Below are positions 11,454 to 20,606 of a stretch of DNA of 64,000 nt, piece after piece; position 1 is the stretch's first letter; every line of letters starts with the position of its first letter. Origin of the DNA: Rhodothermales bacterium (GTDB taxonomy: Bacteria; Bacteroidota; Rhodothermia; Rhodothermales; VXPQ01); assembly GCA_040904565.1 (NCBI GenBank), contig JBBDTI010000084.1, positions 11,939-75,938 on the forward strand. The letters run 5' to 3'. Below the pieces are notes generated by a model. It was not told the DNA's origin. It saw nothing but the letters and a program-made list of their open reading frames with translations, and searched no databases. Position numbers and translations under genes: made by a program.

Positions 11454-12251
11454 TCAAAAGCCAGCTATTAGGCGCGTGAGGGATGCAGCCACCAGTGCCC
11501 AAAGAAAGCTGATCAGCGTACCGATAATAATGTATTCGGCTTCCATTCGGTTGGATCGCTCCCGGAGTTCGCCGAAGCGGAAGATCGATTTGGCTGCGAC
11601 GAGAAATCCAATCGCGGCATACTGGTCGATGAGCACGAAGACGAAGATGAGGGCGCGTTCCAGCTGGCCAATCGTTCTGCCGCCATGTTTGAGTCCGCGC
11701 GAGGGTGCATGCACCGCGCGGTCGCCATCGCCAACGTGAGCGGGTTCCGGTACGCGGCCGGACTCTCGTCGGGACGCGTCGCGGCGTATCTGACCGAGAA
11801 ATGGCTCGACGGCTTGTTCGACAAAGTAGGCGCCCGCTGTTACGGTCACGATAAAGCCTGCGACCACGGCGATCATGTGGAAGTAAATGACGCCGAACAG
11901 TTCCTTCCAGAGCGAGTCGTCGAGAAAATCGAAGCGAACGGTCAGCCATGCCGCCAGGAGTATCACGACACCGTGAAGCGCTTGATCCACCAGAAATGCT
12001 CTCCATCCTTTTGCCTTCACCCGCGTCTTTCCAAGGTCCACGATCACGTGCGTGGATGAGATGATCAGAGCCGGAAACCAGGCGGTCCATGTGCCCGCGA
12101 AGATGAATACGAGTACGGCATGAATCGCACCGTGCTTGGCGAGGACGGATATCCGCCCTTTATTTTCAATGTCACGGCGGGTCTGCAGCAGAAAGTCGGC
12201 CGTTACGTGCGCAGCGAGAAATGCCAGGATAGCCTCGTTTAAAACAGTCAT
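11454..12251 (-). CDS. DUF3307 family membrane protein (SatE-like)
   Basis: AHVTADFLLQ, KHGAIH, THVIVD, VDQALH, G..IG.LER.LI, IGFLVAAKSIFRF, EYIIIGTLIS. Confidence 0.88.
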   Translation of the reverse strand: MTVLNEAILAFLAAHVTADFLLQTRRDIENKGRISVLAKHGAIHAVLVFIFAGTWTAWFPALIISSTHVIVDLGKTRVKAKGWRAFLVDQALHGVVILLAAWLTVRFDFLDDSLWKELFGVIYFHMIAVVAGFIVTVTAGAYFVEQAVEPFLGQIRRDASRRESGRVPEPAHVGDGDRAVHAPSRGLKHGGRTIGQLERALIFVFVLIDQYAAIGFLVAAKSIFRFGELRERSNRMEAEYIIIGTLISFLWALVAASLTRLIAGF

Positions 12252-12290
12252 ATTTAAATGTTATATGAAAGAACAGTGTTTTTGAGCTGT
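12244..12290. promoter_or_regulatory. Two ACAG-N10-(C/A)TGT boxes 29 bp apart, over and upstream of the DUF3307 start
   Basis: ACAG 12244-47/ATGT 12258-61; ACAG 12273-76/CTGT 12287-90 (aacag-tgtttttgag-ctgtt). Confidence 0.65.
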
Positions 12291-12313
12291 TATTTAATGC
12301 CGACACATACACA

Positions 12314-13018
12314 TTACAGGGTCGGATCGTCGTGAACGCGTTCGAAGATAGTTTCGGAAACACGCGCGGCGTACTCGATGGCATGCCAGCCGGCCGCGGT
12401 GAGGTGCTGCGCAACGGACTGCTGCGTGATGGGTCGGTCCACCCATTCATCGCCGATTTGCTGCTGCGTTCGGCCGAGGACGGCACGGGAAACGGCGAAG
12501 GCTTGCCGCCGAGTCCACCTGGTGATCTGGAGGTCCACAAGCCGAGCGACGGCGTCCAGTGAAACGGTGGTTGATCGCGGCAGTGCGCGTCCAGCGGCGA
12601 TCGCCATACGCACGTCCCGCTCCATCGCGTCGATGGCGCCGCCGGAAAGGCGAAAGGCCTCTCCGTCCCCTCCAGAGATATCGTGATCGGGGACAAAATC
12701 GACTGTCCCGAATCCGATGGCAACGCGCGTGTCGATGTCCGCCGAATCGTACGTCGAACGCAGTGCAGCCCGCATAAACACGGCGATGCGCAGCGCAAGT
12801 GCGGGCCTCTCCACGAGAAGCTGCCAGCTATCGCCACGAAATATGTCGATGGGATGACATACGGCCGGCGCAAAGTGATCGCGCGCCGCGCCCGCAGTGC
12901 GACGCAGCATCTCAGGCAGTTTTTCACGCTCTTTCGGCGGCAGCCGGCTCGACGCGGTTATGTCACCGGTTAGTACGGCGTACACGGACGTTTCGACTGA
13001 CATTTCGGAGGGTATCAT
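12314..13018 (-). CDS. satD: SatD family protein (nucleotide-cyclase/palm-like domain plus C-terminal HTH)
   Basis: YAVLTGDITASS, IFRGDSWQ, RVAIGFG, GEAFRLSG, WT..Q, TQQQI...ITQQSVAQHL..AGW. Confidence 0.85.
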   Translation of the reverse strand: MIPSEMSVETSVYAVLTGDITASSRLPPKEREKLPEMLRRTAGAARDHFAPAVCHPIDIFRGDSWQLLVERPALALRIAVFMRAALRSTYDSADIDTRVAIGFGTVDFVPDHDISGGDGEAFRLSGGAIDAMERDVRMAIAAGRALPRSTTVSLDAVARLVDLQITRWTRRQAFAVSRAVLGRTQQQIGDEWVDRPITQQSVAQHLTAAGWHAIEYAARVSETIFERVHDDPTL

Positions 13019-13063
13019 CGTCTTAATAGCCTGTAATGTAATAATACAGTATAAAAGACCTGT
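13017..13063. promoter_or_regulatory. Two A(C/T)(A/C)G-N10-CTGT boxes 29 bp apart, over and upstream of the satD start
   Basis: ATCG 13017-20/CTGT 13031-34; ACAG 13046-49/CTGT 13060-63 (acag-tataaaagac-ctgt) in an AT-rich patch. Confidence 0.65.
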
Positions 13064-13263
13064 TATATTAACGCAGGTTCCGTATCGCAGTGCGATCGAG
13101 TATACGCATGGTCGATTCTCCCTTCCCTATTGCCGGACACACATGACGAGCATCCGGACGGCGGGCACGTGGAGGCGACCCCACCGTGTGAACCTCACGT
13201 TAAGATGGCGAGTATAACCGTACGTCGTCTACGCTGTTTGGCCTTTTCCCGGATTCCGACACC

Positions 13264-15648
13264 GTGCGCCGCTCCTCTTTCGTGAGATCCTTCGTCGTCA
13301 TTCCGCTCCTGCTTTTCGGCCTCGTGTCGGCCGTCCAACCGGTACGTGCTCAGGACGCCTGGGAGGTGGACGTAGCCGCGGCGATGGAAAGGGGGGAGTG
13401 GGAACGGGCTGTGGACCGTCTCGACGACGTGCTCGCGGCCGATCCCGATCTGCTGCACGCCCGTCTGAAACGTGCGGTGGCCAACAGGGAGCGCGCCGTG
13501 GTGAAATTCGACCACCTCCGTAATCTCTATTTTCTGGCGGCGTCCAGTCTCAAGCACACGTGGGAGGCGGCCCAGCTGGCCGCGCGCGGAGAGAACTGGG
13601 AGCTCGACCAGGGTCGCGATTACGAGGTCACGCAAGCCATTTTCGACTTCGAGTACATCCTGGCGCGGGATTCCAGTTACTTCGGTGCGTTGCACGAGTA
13701 TGCACGACTCTGGCACCGTCACCACGTCTTCGACAGGGCGATCGCCCTGGCCGAGGCGCAGATCCGGATTGAACCCGCTCTGGGCTTCGCCCACGCGGAG
13801 CTGGTCGAGATCTACAGGCATTTCATTGCTCGTTCGGATGCGGACGACGCCCTGCAGGCGTTGCGGGAGCGCGGCACAGCCTACGCCGCATATTTTATCG
13901 GGGAGGTTCACCGCCGCGAAGGTCGCTTCGAGCAGGCGGACAGTGTGTTTGCCGCCCTTCTTGACGGGCCCAACGAGATACCGGCTCAGCCGGTACTCCT
14001 GTCTCGCGCCCGACTGCTCGTCGCCCAGGGCCGGTACGAGGAAGCGCACGCCCAGATTGAGGAGGCCGTGCAGGTTTGGACGCCGCTCGAAGGGCGGATG
14101 CTGCTGTCGGACTTCAAGTATGTGATGACGGAGGACGAGTATGCCGAAGCGCAGCGCCTGGGATCGGCTGGCGCGTACGCCGACTTCTACGCGCGCATGT
14201 GGGCGCGCCGCGATCCTGCTCCTGCCTCCGACGTCAACTGGCGCCTCGTCGAACACATGCGGCGCCTCGTGGTCGCCGAGCGGGACTTTGAATACTATGG
14301 GCCCCGGCGCGCTTCACGCGGGGTAGATGAAGATCGGCAGTTCGGTGGAGCGGACCTGTCCGTTCCTGTCGGGCGGGACGATTTCCCGTCGTTTTACGCT
14401 GCCGCACACGGATTCAATGACAAGGGACTGATTTTCATCCGCCATGGCGAGCCGGATGAGATCGTGGAGACGCAGCCTCAGCCGGGTTTCCTTCCGGGGT
14501 CCGGCGTACCCATGAACGCGTCCTGGCGGTATCTCGAGGAAGGCCTCGATTTTCACTTCATGATCAGCCAGCATGACGGCATCGCGTACAGCTGGCCCCT
14601 CGTTTCCGTCATGACGAACTGCAATCTGGCCGATGACCGCAAGCACTGGGGTGGACTATACAATCAGCTCGCTCCAAGCGCGCAGGCCGTCGATCCGAGA
14701 GGTACCGGCCGGATCAGCGACGCCTGCGGACCGGGAGCGCGCCCGCGCGACGAGTTGGAACTGCTGCAAACCGCAGCGCGGCTCGGAGAGCGGAATCGGG
14801 CGATTATTGCGGAGGGGCTCACGTCGGACCGCCATACCTGGTCTACGCAAGAGGTGGAAGCGTTCGACTTCCCGTACGACGTGGTTACCTTTAGAGGATA
14901 CGACGGTGCGACGGACGTCAGCGCCTATCTCGCACTGCCCGTCGGCTGGCTGAGCGAGTCCGCCGACGGTGATACGCTGCCCGTGGAGATCGGAATTGCC
15001 CTGCACGATCAGGCATGGCGCGCGGCGGCCGAGGAATCGGTCATTCGCCGGTTCGCCGCGACGGAAGATCGGACGGCGGCTGCGTTCGACGCCTTTCACG
15101 CGAGCGTGCCGCCGGATTCGTACCGCGTTTCTCTGCATGCCGACCTGCAGGGGGCACCCCCACTGGGCGGCTATCAGTTCGAGCGCCGAATCCCCGATTA
15201 CTCCCGGCCCGAGACCATGATGAGCGACGTGCTCGTGGCGTACGATATCCGCCCAAAACCGGGGCACGCGGCGACCGCGCGCAGCTCGCTCGACATCGTG
15301 GCCAATCCGTTCCGCCGGGTGTCGGTCGATCAGCCGCTGCACGTGTACTTCGAGCTGTACAATCTCGTGCTGGATGGCGACGACCGGGCGCGGTATCGTG
15401 TCGAATATCGATTGGAGCCGCAGGATGAAGAAGGGGGGATCCTGGGACTGTTCCGCCGCACGCCGCCCGGCCTGTCCGTTGCAGCCGATTTCGAAGACGA
15501 GACGCCGTCACCGATCGTGTTCTCTCAGATCGACCTCAGCGAGCTTCCGTCGGGCTCCTACGAGCTCGTCGTGCGGGTATCGGATCGCAACGGCGATGCA
15601 CAGCTCGAGCGCCGCCTGTCGATAGAACTGCTCGATCAGGGAATATGA
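13264..15648 (+). CDS. TPR plus GWxTD-like domain secreted protein
   Basis: Signal VRA-Q; TPR helices; FYARMWARRDP.P..VN.RLVEH.RR, GFNDKGLIFIRHGEPD; C-terminal Ig-like YFELYNL..GSYELVVRVSD. Confidence 0.8.
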   Translation: MRRSSFVRSFVVIPLLLFGLVSAVQPVRAQDAWEVDVAAAMERGEWERAVDRLDDVLAADPDLLHARLKRAVANRERAVVKFDHLRNLYFLAASSLKHTWEAAQLAARGENWELDQGRDYEVTQAIFDFEYILARDSSYFGALHEYARLWHRHHVFDRAIALAEAQIRIEPALGFAHAELVEIYRHFIARSDADDALQALRERGTAYAAYFIGEVHRREGRFEQADSVFAALLDGPNEIPAQPVLLSRARLLVAQGRYEEAHAQIEEAVQVWTPLEGRMLLSDFKYVMTEDEYAEAQRLGSAGAYADFYARMWARRDPAPASDVNWRLVEHMRRLVVAERDFEYYGPRRASRGVDEDRQFGGADLSVPVGRDDFPSFYAAAHGFNDKGLIFIRHGEPDEIVETQPQPGFLPGSGVPMNASWRYLEEGLDFHFMISQHDGIAYSWPLVSVMTNCNLADDRKHWGGLYNQLAPSAQAVDPRGTGRISDACGPGARPRDELELLQTAARLGERNRAIIAEGLTSDRHTWSTQEVEAFDFPYDVVTFRGYDGATDVSAYLALPVGWLSESADGDTLPVEIGIALHDQAWRAAAEESVIRRFAATEDRTAAAFDAFHASVPPDSYRVSLHADLQGAPPLGGYQFERRIPDYSRPETMMSDVLVAYDIRPKPGHAATARSSLDIVANPFRRVSVDQPLHVYFELYNLVLDGDDRARYRVEYRLEPQDEEGGILGLFRRTPPGLSVAADFEDETPSPIVFSQIDLSELPSGSYELVVRVSDRNGDAQLERRLSIELLDQGI

Positions 15649-16733
15649 TGCATCGTTTCCTGACCATCTACGTGAATTGCCTGTCCGCCCATTCGGCTCC
15701 GCTTCGACGCTTTGCCGCAATCCTGGCGGTGGGATGTGTTGTCACGGCAGCGAAGCCGGTCTCCGCGCAGGACGCCGTGATCTTCGGGACGGTGACGGAT
15801 ACTGAAACGGGCGAGCCGCTGCCGGGTGCCAACGTCTTTCTGGACCAGACGACGACGGGCGCATCTACGAACGATGACGGTCACTTCGAAGTCGGTCCGG
15901 TTGCACCCGGATCGTATCGCGTCGTCGTGTCCATGGTCGGCTACACCCCGCTGACGCGCGCGGTCGTCATCGTGCCCGAACAGGCACGTTACCGCGCGGA
16001 TTTCGAAATGGAGCCGGATGTTATCGATCTTGGCGGCATCGACGTGGAGGCGGAACGCCCGCGTGGGTGGGAGGATGATCTCGAGCATTTCAAGGAGTTT
16101 TTTATCGGCACGTCCGATAATGCCCGGCAGACAGAGATTCTCAATCCATACGTGCTGGACTTCACCACGGAGGATGGCATCTTTAAGGCGCGCGCCTCGT
16201 CGCCTCTCATCATCGAGAACGGAGCACTGGGCTACCGGATTACGGTCGTGATTGCCTATTTCTGGGAGGTGGCCAACACGATGTATCTCGCGGGTCCGAT
16301 GCACTTCGAAGCGATGCAGCCTCGGGACGAAGAGGAGGCGGAGTTGTGGCGGACGCATCGCCGGGATGCCTATGAAGGGTCTTACATGCATTTCCTGCAG
16401 AGCCTGATCGCGGGGACGCTGCGCGAGGATGGCTTTTTCGCGGCCCACGACATCATTCTCGGGCGCAATAGAGAGCGGGTCGAGGTGGGAGCTTTCCCGA
16501 TCGTGCGGGCAACGGAGAGGCGGTATCTGTACGAGCTATCCTTCGATCACAGCCTGTATGTGGAGTATGGCCGGCAGGAGTCGCGCATCAGAATGGCGCG
16601 TCCCCGGGCAATCGTCCACGCTTCAGGCTATATTTACGGGCTAACCTATGAGCCGCCCCCACCGCTGGTCGTTTCAGGTGCCATGTCTGAGCGGCGGATT
16701 GCAGACATGGTACCGCGAGATTATTCGTACTAG
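15645..16733 (+). CDS. Secreted CarboxypepD_reg-like domain protein, paralogue of 9650-10750
   Basis: GTVTDTETGEPLPGANVFL..GSY.VVVSMVGY; shares FIG.....QTEI.NP.VLDF, IEN.ALGYRI, R.DA(Y/F).GS..HFL. Confidence 0.85.
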   Translation: MMHRFLTIYVNCLSAHSAPLRRFAAILAVGCVVTAAKPVSAQDAVIFGTVTDTETGEPLPGANVFLDQTTTGASTNDDGHFEVGPVAPGSYRVVVSMVGYTPLTRAVVIVPEQARYRADFEMEPDVIDLGGIDVEAERPRGWEDDLEHFKEFFIGTSDNARQTEILNPYVLDFTTEDGIFKARASSPLIIENGALGYRITVVIAYFWEVANTMYLAGPMHFEAMQPRDEEEAELWRTHRRDAYEGSYMHFLQSLIAGTLREDGFFAAHDIILGRNRERVEVGAFPIVRATERRYLYELSFDHSLYVEYGRQESRIRMARPRAIVHASGYIYGLTYEPPPPLVVSGAMSERRIADMVPRDYSY

Positions 16734-16740
16734 AGAACTC

Positions 16741-17769
16741 ATGACGTATCGATCCATTCTCGGCGTTGCAGCCATCGTGTCTGTAGCCCTTATTTCGACC
16801 GTCGTGCTTGCCGGGTGCGAAAGCGGGGTGGATCCGTACGTCGGAACGGAGGAGCCTTATACGATCTGGGGCGTGTTCGATGCGGCGGCGGACACGCAAA
16901 AGGTGAGGGTGTTCAGCATCGAAGGCGAGCCCGGCATCGATCGGCCGAGTGCCGTCGATGCCTCGGTCGTCTCGACGAATCTGTCGACGGGCGACCGGGT
17001 GGAATGGACGCCGCGCACCGTCACGTACGAGGAAGGGGAAACCGGGCACGTGTTCTGGGCGCCGTTCCGTGCCCAGTCAGGACACCGATACCGGCTGGAC
17101 GTAACGCGATCGGATGGCAACACGTCGACTGCGGAGGTGACGGTGCCGACGGGGGTGGAACTGGAGATCAACACGTCCGATACGCGGAGTACGCTGCCGG
17201 TTCGCATCGTCGGCGATGTGCCGAACCTGCTCGGCGTCGAAGTGCGGTACGAGGCGACGAACATGCCGCCGGATCTCGTCTGGCCCCCGGGTACGGTGGC
17301 CCATCCCCTCGTATTTCATCCGGTCGATATCTCGTATCAGGAGGAGCTGAACCGAATCGAGGGAGGGTGGCAGTTCAACATTCAGATGCAGCGCGATTAC
17401 GATCTCGTGCGGCGGGAATTCGAGCGTAACTGTCTCGTCACGAACGGAGCGCCCGGCATCGCGCTGCGCCGGGTTGAGCTCCGCCTCGTCGCCGCGGACT
17501 CGACGTGGAGCCCGCCCGGTGGGGCGTTCGACCCCGAGGTGCTGGTCGAGCCAACTGCCATGTCGAACATCGACAACGGATTTGGATTCATCGGCGCGGG
17601 CCACGTCAAGCGTCTGAGGTGGACGCCCCCGCGCGAGACGCGCCTCGGACTCGGTTACAGCGAGAGCCGTCCCTGCGGTATGGACGCGCAGCCCATCCCG
17701 GCGTGCATGGAACCGCCAATCCCGTGCCTGGGCGAAAATCCGCTCGACATCTGGGAGCTATTCTTCTAG
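16741..17769 (+). CDS. Hypothetical lipoprotein (DUF4249-like)
   Basis: Lipobox LAGC; YTIWGVFD..DTQKVRV, G..YRLDV, SNIDNGFGFIG; Cys-rich tail. Confidence 0.75.
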   Translation: MTYRSILGVAAIVSVALISTVVLAGCESGVDPYVGTEEPYTIWGVFDAAADTQKVRVFSIEGEPGIDRPSAVDASVVSTNLSTGDRVEWTPRTVTYEEGETGHVFWAPFRAQSGHRYRLDVTRSDGNTSTAEVTVPTGVELEINTSDTRSTLPVRIVGDVPNLLGVEVRYEATNMPPDLVWPPGTVAHPLVFHPVDISYQEELNRIEGGWQFNIQMQRDYDLVRREFERNCLVTNGAPGIALRRVELRLVAADSTWSPPGGAFDPEVLVEPTAMSNIDNGFGFIGAGHVKRLRWTPPRETRLGLGYSESRPCGMDAQPIPACMEPPIPCLGENPLDIWELFF

Positions 17770-17787
17770 ACTCCTTTTCCTTTCAGC

Positions 17788-17937
17788 GTGCAGAGCCGTT
17801 CCATCCGATATCTGACGTCGCTCACGTTCGTGGTGGTGACGGCCGCGGTCTGGGCGCCTCGCGAGGCTCTGGCTCAATCCGATGCGGAAGCGCTGCGTGC
17901 CGCCGGATTTACGACGGACGAGGAGCCCTCCGAATGA
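17788..17937 (+). CDS. Small ORF (49 aa) with Sec signal peptide, not in the ORF track
   Basis: GTG start; MQSRSIRYLTSLTFVVVTAAVWAPREALA-QSDAEALRAAGFTTDEEPSE; TGA overlaps the next ATG (ATGA). Confidence 0.5.
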   Translation: MQSRSIRYLTSLTFVVVTAAVWAPREALAQSDAEALRAAGFTTDEEPSE

Positions 17938-19013
17938 GCCGTAGAAAGCTCGAGAGCATTCAGGTATTGCGCGGCCTCGCCGCGTTGATGGTCGTCCTGG
18001 TACACATAGGAGTCACCGAGGCGCGGTACGGTGCGAACGGCTATCGCTGGCTCGACGGATTTGTGACGGGTAATGCCGGCGTCGACATCTTCTTCGTGAT
18101 CAGCGGCTTCATTATGATCTATACCTCCTCGCATCGCGCGGGGTCGGTCGCGGAGTCCGGGCGGTTTCTGGTCAAGAGGGTTGTTCGGATTTATCCGACG
18201 TACTGGATCTACTTCTTCCTCGTCCTGGCGGCATGGTTGATCGTCCCGCAGTGGGTGAATTCGTCCGCCACGCAAGAGTCCAATTTGTTGGCCTCGTTCC
18301 TGCTGTATCCCGCGGAAGGCTATCCCCTTCTGCTCGTGGCGTGGACGCTGGAATTTGAAATGGTGTTTTATCTGCTTTTCACCGGCGCGCTCCTCGTACG
18401 CGAGCGCTACGTCCTGCCGTGTATTTTGGCCGTCATGGTCGGGCTCATCGCTGCCGGGCAGATCGTGAGGCCGGAATCCGACGCCGCGACCGTGCTGATG
18501 AGTCCGATTCTATCAGAATTTGCGGTCGGATGCGTGCTCGGCTACATGCATCTTCGTCGCACCTGGAAAGGGGGATGGTTCCTTGCCGCCGCGGGGGCGT
18601 TGCTGCTTCTGCTGGAGATTTTCGGGATCAGCTGGGTCTCCCTTGCCGGTCTGGCCGGCTCGCCCTTCGATCGTTCCCTGAGCTATGGGCTCGCCGCCAT
18701 CCTGCTCGTGCACGGGCTCGTCTCTGTCGAACGGGAGAGCACGATTCGCTTTCCGCGCCTCGCCCTGTCGATCGGGATGTCGTCCTACTCACTCTACCTC
18801 TCCCACGTCCTCGTGCTTTCTGCGCTGGGACGCATCTGGCAGGCTCTTGGGCTCGACGTCCTCCCCAATCTGGTTTTCGTATCGCTGCTTCTCGTCGCCG
18901 CCGTGCTCTGGGGGCTCATCTCGTTTAGGTGGATCGAGAAGCCGCTCGTCGACGGCGGGCGACGCCTCGTGCGTATCGGTTCCGAGACGGCACAGAGTCG
19001 GTTTGCATGGTAG
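17934..19013 (+). CDS. Acyltransferase-3 (OafA/ExoZ-like) membrane O-acyltransferase
   Basis: SIQVLRGLAALMVVLVH, GVDIFFVISGFIM, KRVVRIYP.YW, AWTLEFEMVFY, SYSLYLSH, IEKP. Confidence 0.92.
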   Translation: MSRRKLESIQVLRGLAALMVVLVHIGVTEARYGANGYRWLDGFVTGNAGVDIFFVISGFIMIYTSSHRAGSVAESGRFLVKRVVRIYPTYWIYFFLVLAAWLIVPQWVNSSATQESNLLASFLLYPAEGYPLLLVAWTLEFEMVFYLLFTGALLVRERYVLPCILAVMVGLIAAGQIVRPESDAATVLMSPILSEFAVGCVLGYMHLRRTWKGGWFLAAAGALLLLLEIFGISWVSLAGLAGSPFDRSLSYGLAAILLVHGLVSVERESTIRFPRLALSIGMSSYSLYLSHVLVLSALGRIWQALGLDVLPNLVFVSLLLVAAVLWGLISFRWIEKPLVDGGRRLVRIGSETAQSRFAW

Positions 19014-19175
19014 AAAGTAGATATGGGAGGATGGTGGACGGGGGATGGTAGGATGGTGGATGAGCGGTCGACCATCGCCGGTCTTCCGCGAGCTGGGCGG
19101 GTTCGTCAGCAAGGCAGATGGACGTTTCTTAGCTTTCGATGTATGCCGAGTATGCCTCCTTCGCGCCGCGACGCC

Positions 19176-20159
19176 ATGACCCAGCTTCTGATTCGACTCC
19201 CTCTCGTTTTTCTCGCGGCGCTTCTGATGCTGGCCGGATGCACGTCGGAATCGCCTCGTGACCCGCAGGACGGTGCCTCTGAGGAGCCGGCACGACCGTC
19301 CGTCACTGTTTCCGAGACGGCGGAAGGCTATGTCTTTACGGAGGGTGACGATTCTATCATGGTCTATCATGCGACGGCGCCGGACCCGGATCGCCCGCAT
19401 GCCCGGGCGCATTACGTCCATCCCCTGTACGGCCTCGAGGGCACGGTGCTGACGGAGGATTTTCCGGAGGACCACCTGCATCAGCACGGGCTCTTCTGGG
19501 CATGGCATCAGATCTACGTCGGCGATGAGCGCGTGGGCGACGGCTGGATGCAGGAGAACGTAGAGTGGGTTGTCCGAAACGTGGAAACTCACGACGAGGG
19601 GCCGTCCGCCGCCATCCTTGCGACGGTGGACTGGTTCTCCCCCCTTCATGAGGGAGGCGACGAACCGTTCATTGAGGAAAGAGCGACGCTGATCGCCCAT
19701 CCGGTTCGGGACGGGTACCGGACCATCGACGTTACGATCGAACTCCGCGGCCTGGTCGAGGGCGTGCGGCTCGGCGGCTCGGAAGATGAGAAGGGGTACG
19801 GCGGACTCTCACTCCGCATCCAGCTGCCGGACGACGTCACGTTTGCCGGTCCGGACGGACGCGTAGAGCCTCGGGAAACGGCCGTTGCAGCCGGCCCGTG
19901 GGTGAATATTACCGCCACGTTCGATCCGACGGGAGACGATTCCTCAGGCGTGGCTATTCTGCAGCATCCCACGCTTCCCACGTATCCGCAGCCGTGGATC
20001 TTGCGGGCCGCGGACAGCATGCAGAATCCTAAATGGCCGGGCGAGGATCCGGTACTTCTCTCGACGGAGGAGCCGGTCACGCTGCGGTATCGTCTCGTCG
20101 TGCACGACGGCTCCGCGAATGCGGTGACGTTGAACAACTGGCACGACGTGTTTGGATGA
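19176..20159 (+). CDS. DUF6807 / 'PmoA-family' lipoprotein (likely carbohydrate-related beta-sandwich)
   Basis: Lipobox LAGC; YVHPLY...LTEDFPEDHLHQHGLFWAW, KGYGGLSLR, LRYRLVVHDG. Confidence 0.8.
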   Translation: MTQLLIRLPLVFLAALLMLAGCTSESPRDPQDGASEEPARPSVTVSETAEGYVFTEGDDSIMVYHATAPDPDRPHARAHYVHPLYGLEGTVLTEDFPEDHLHQHGLFWAWHQIYVGDERVGDGWMQENVEWVVRNVETHDEGPSAAILATVDWFSPLHEGGDEPFIEERATLIAHPVRDGYRTIDVTIELRGLVEGVRLGGSEDEKGYGGLSLRIQLPDDVTFAGPDGRVEPRETAVAAGPWVNITATFDPTGDDSSGVAILQHPTLPTYPQPWILRAADSMQNPKWPGEDPVLLSTEEPVTLRYRLVVHDGSANAVTLNNWHDVFG

Positions 20160-20243
20160 CGGGCCTGCCTACCTCAAGCCGCAGCCGTGAGATGGAGACG
20201 CCCGAAGCATGCCGACTAACGAATACGAACGTACGGGAGCAGC

Positions 20244-20606
20244 ATGGAGAACAAGGAATCGGCCATCGTGGGTACGCTCGTCGCGGCGCTCTTCATCTCC
20301 ACGTTCTTCTTCGTACCGTGGCGCATGGAAAGGTCCGGCGACCTCAAATGGGCACCGGCTTATCGACCGCCGGTAACCGTCGAGCAAAGCGTTCGCGACG
20401 AGACCGTACGCTCCGTCGTGCGCTACGAGGAGGGGGAAGTCGCGATAGTCGTCTTTGTCGTGCAGCTACTGGCCATCGCCGCTCTCGGGGGCGCCGGACT
20501 GGCGCTACTCGGCATCCGGGTCCAGGACGTGCTTCGAGCCGAAGCGAAGGAAGAGGGCGGGGACGACGACCATGTTGAGGAACGTCGACGTGAGGAGTCC
20601 GCCTAG
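20244..20606 (+). CDS. Small two-TM hypothetical membrane protein
   Basis: SD GGGAG; two hydrophobic segments; 3' end overlaps the RND gene antisense by 102 bp. Confidence 0.6.
   Translation: MENKESAIVGTLVAALFISTFFFVPWRMERSGDLKWAPAYRPPVTVEQSVRDETVRSVVRYEEGEVAIVVFVVQLLAIAALGGAGLALLGIRVQDVLRAEAKEEGGDDDHVEERRREESA

Noticed and set aside
13031-13049. CTGT...ACAG as a LexA (SOS) box
   Set aside because: The spacer is 11 nt rather than 8; it is better explained as adjacent halves of two ACAG-N10-CTGT boxes.
19015-19062. GGATGGT-rich purine tract after the acyltransferase
   Set aside because: Short, irregular simple repeat with no supporting structure or second copy noticed.
19176-20159. Methane monooxygenase PmoA
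   Set aside because: It is a soluble lipoprotein of the misleadingly named family, with no multi-TM PmoA features and no pmoB or pmoC.
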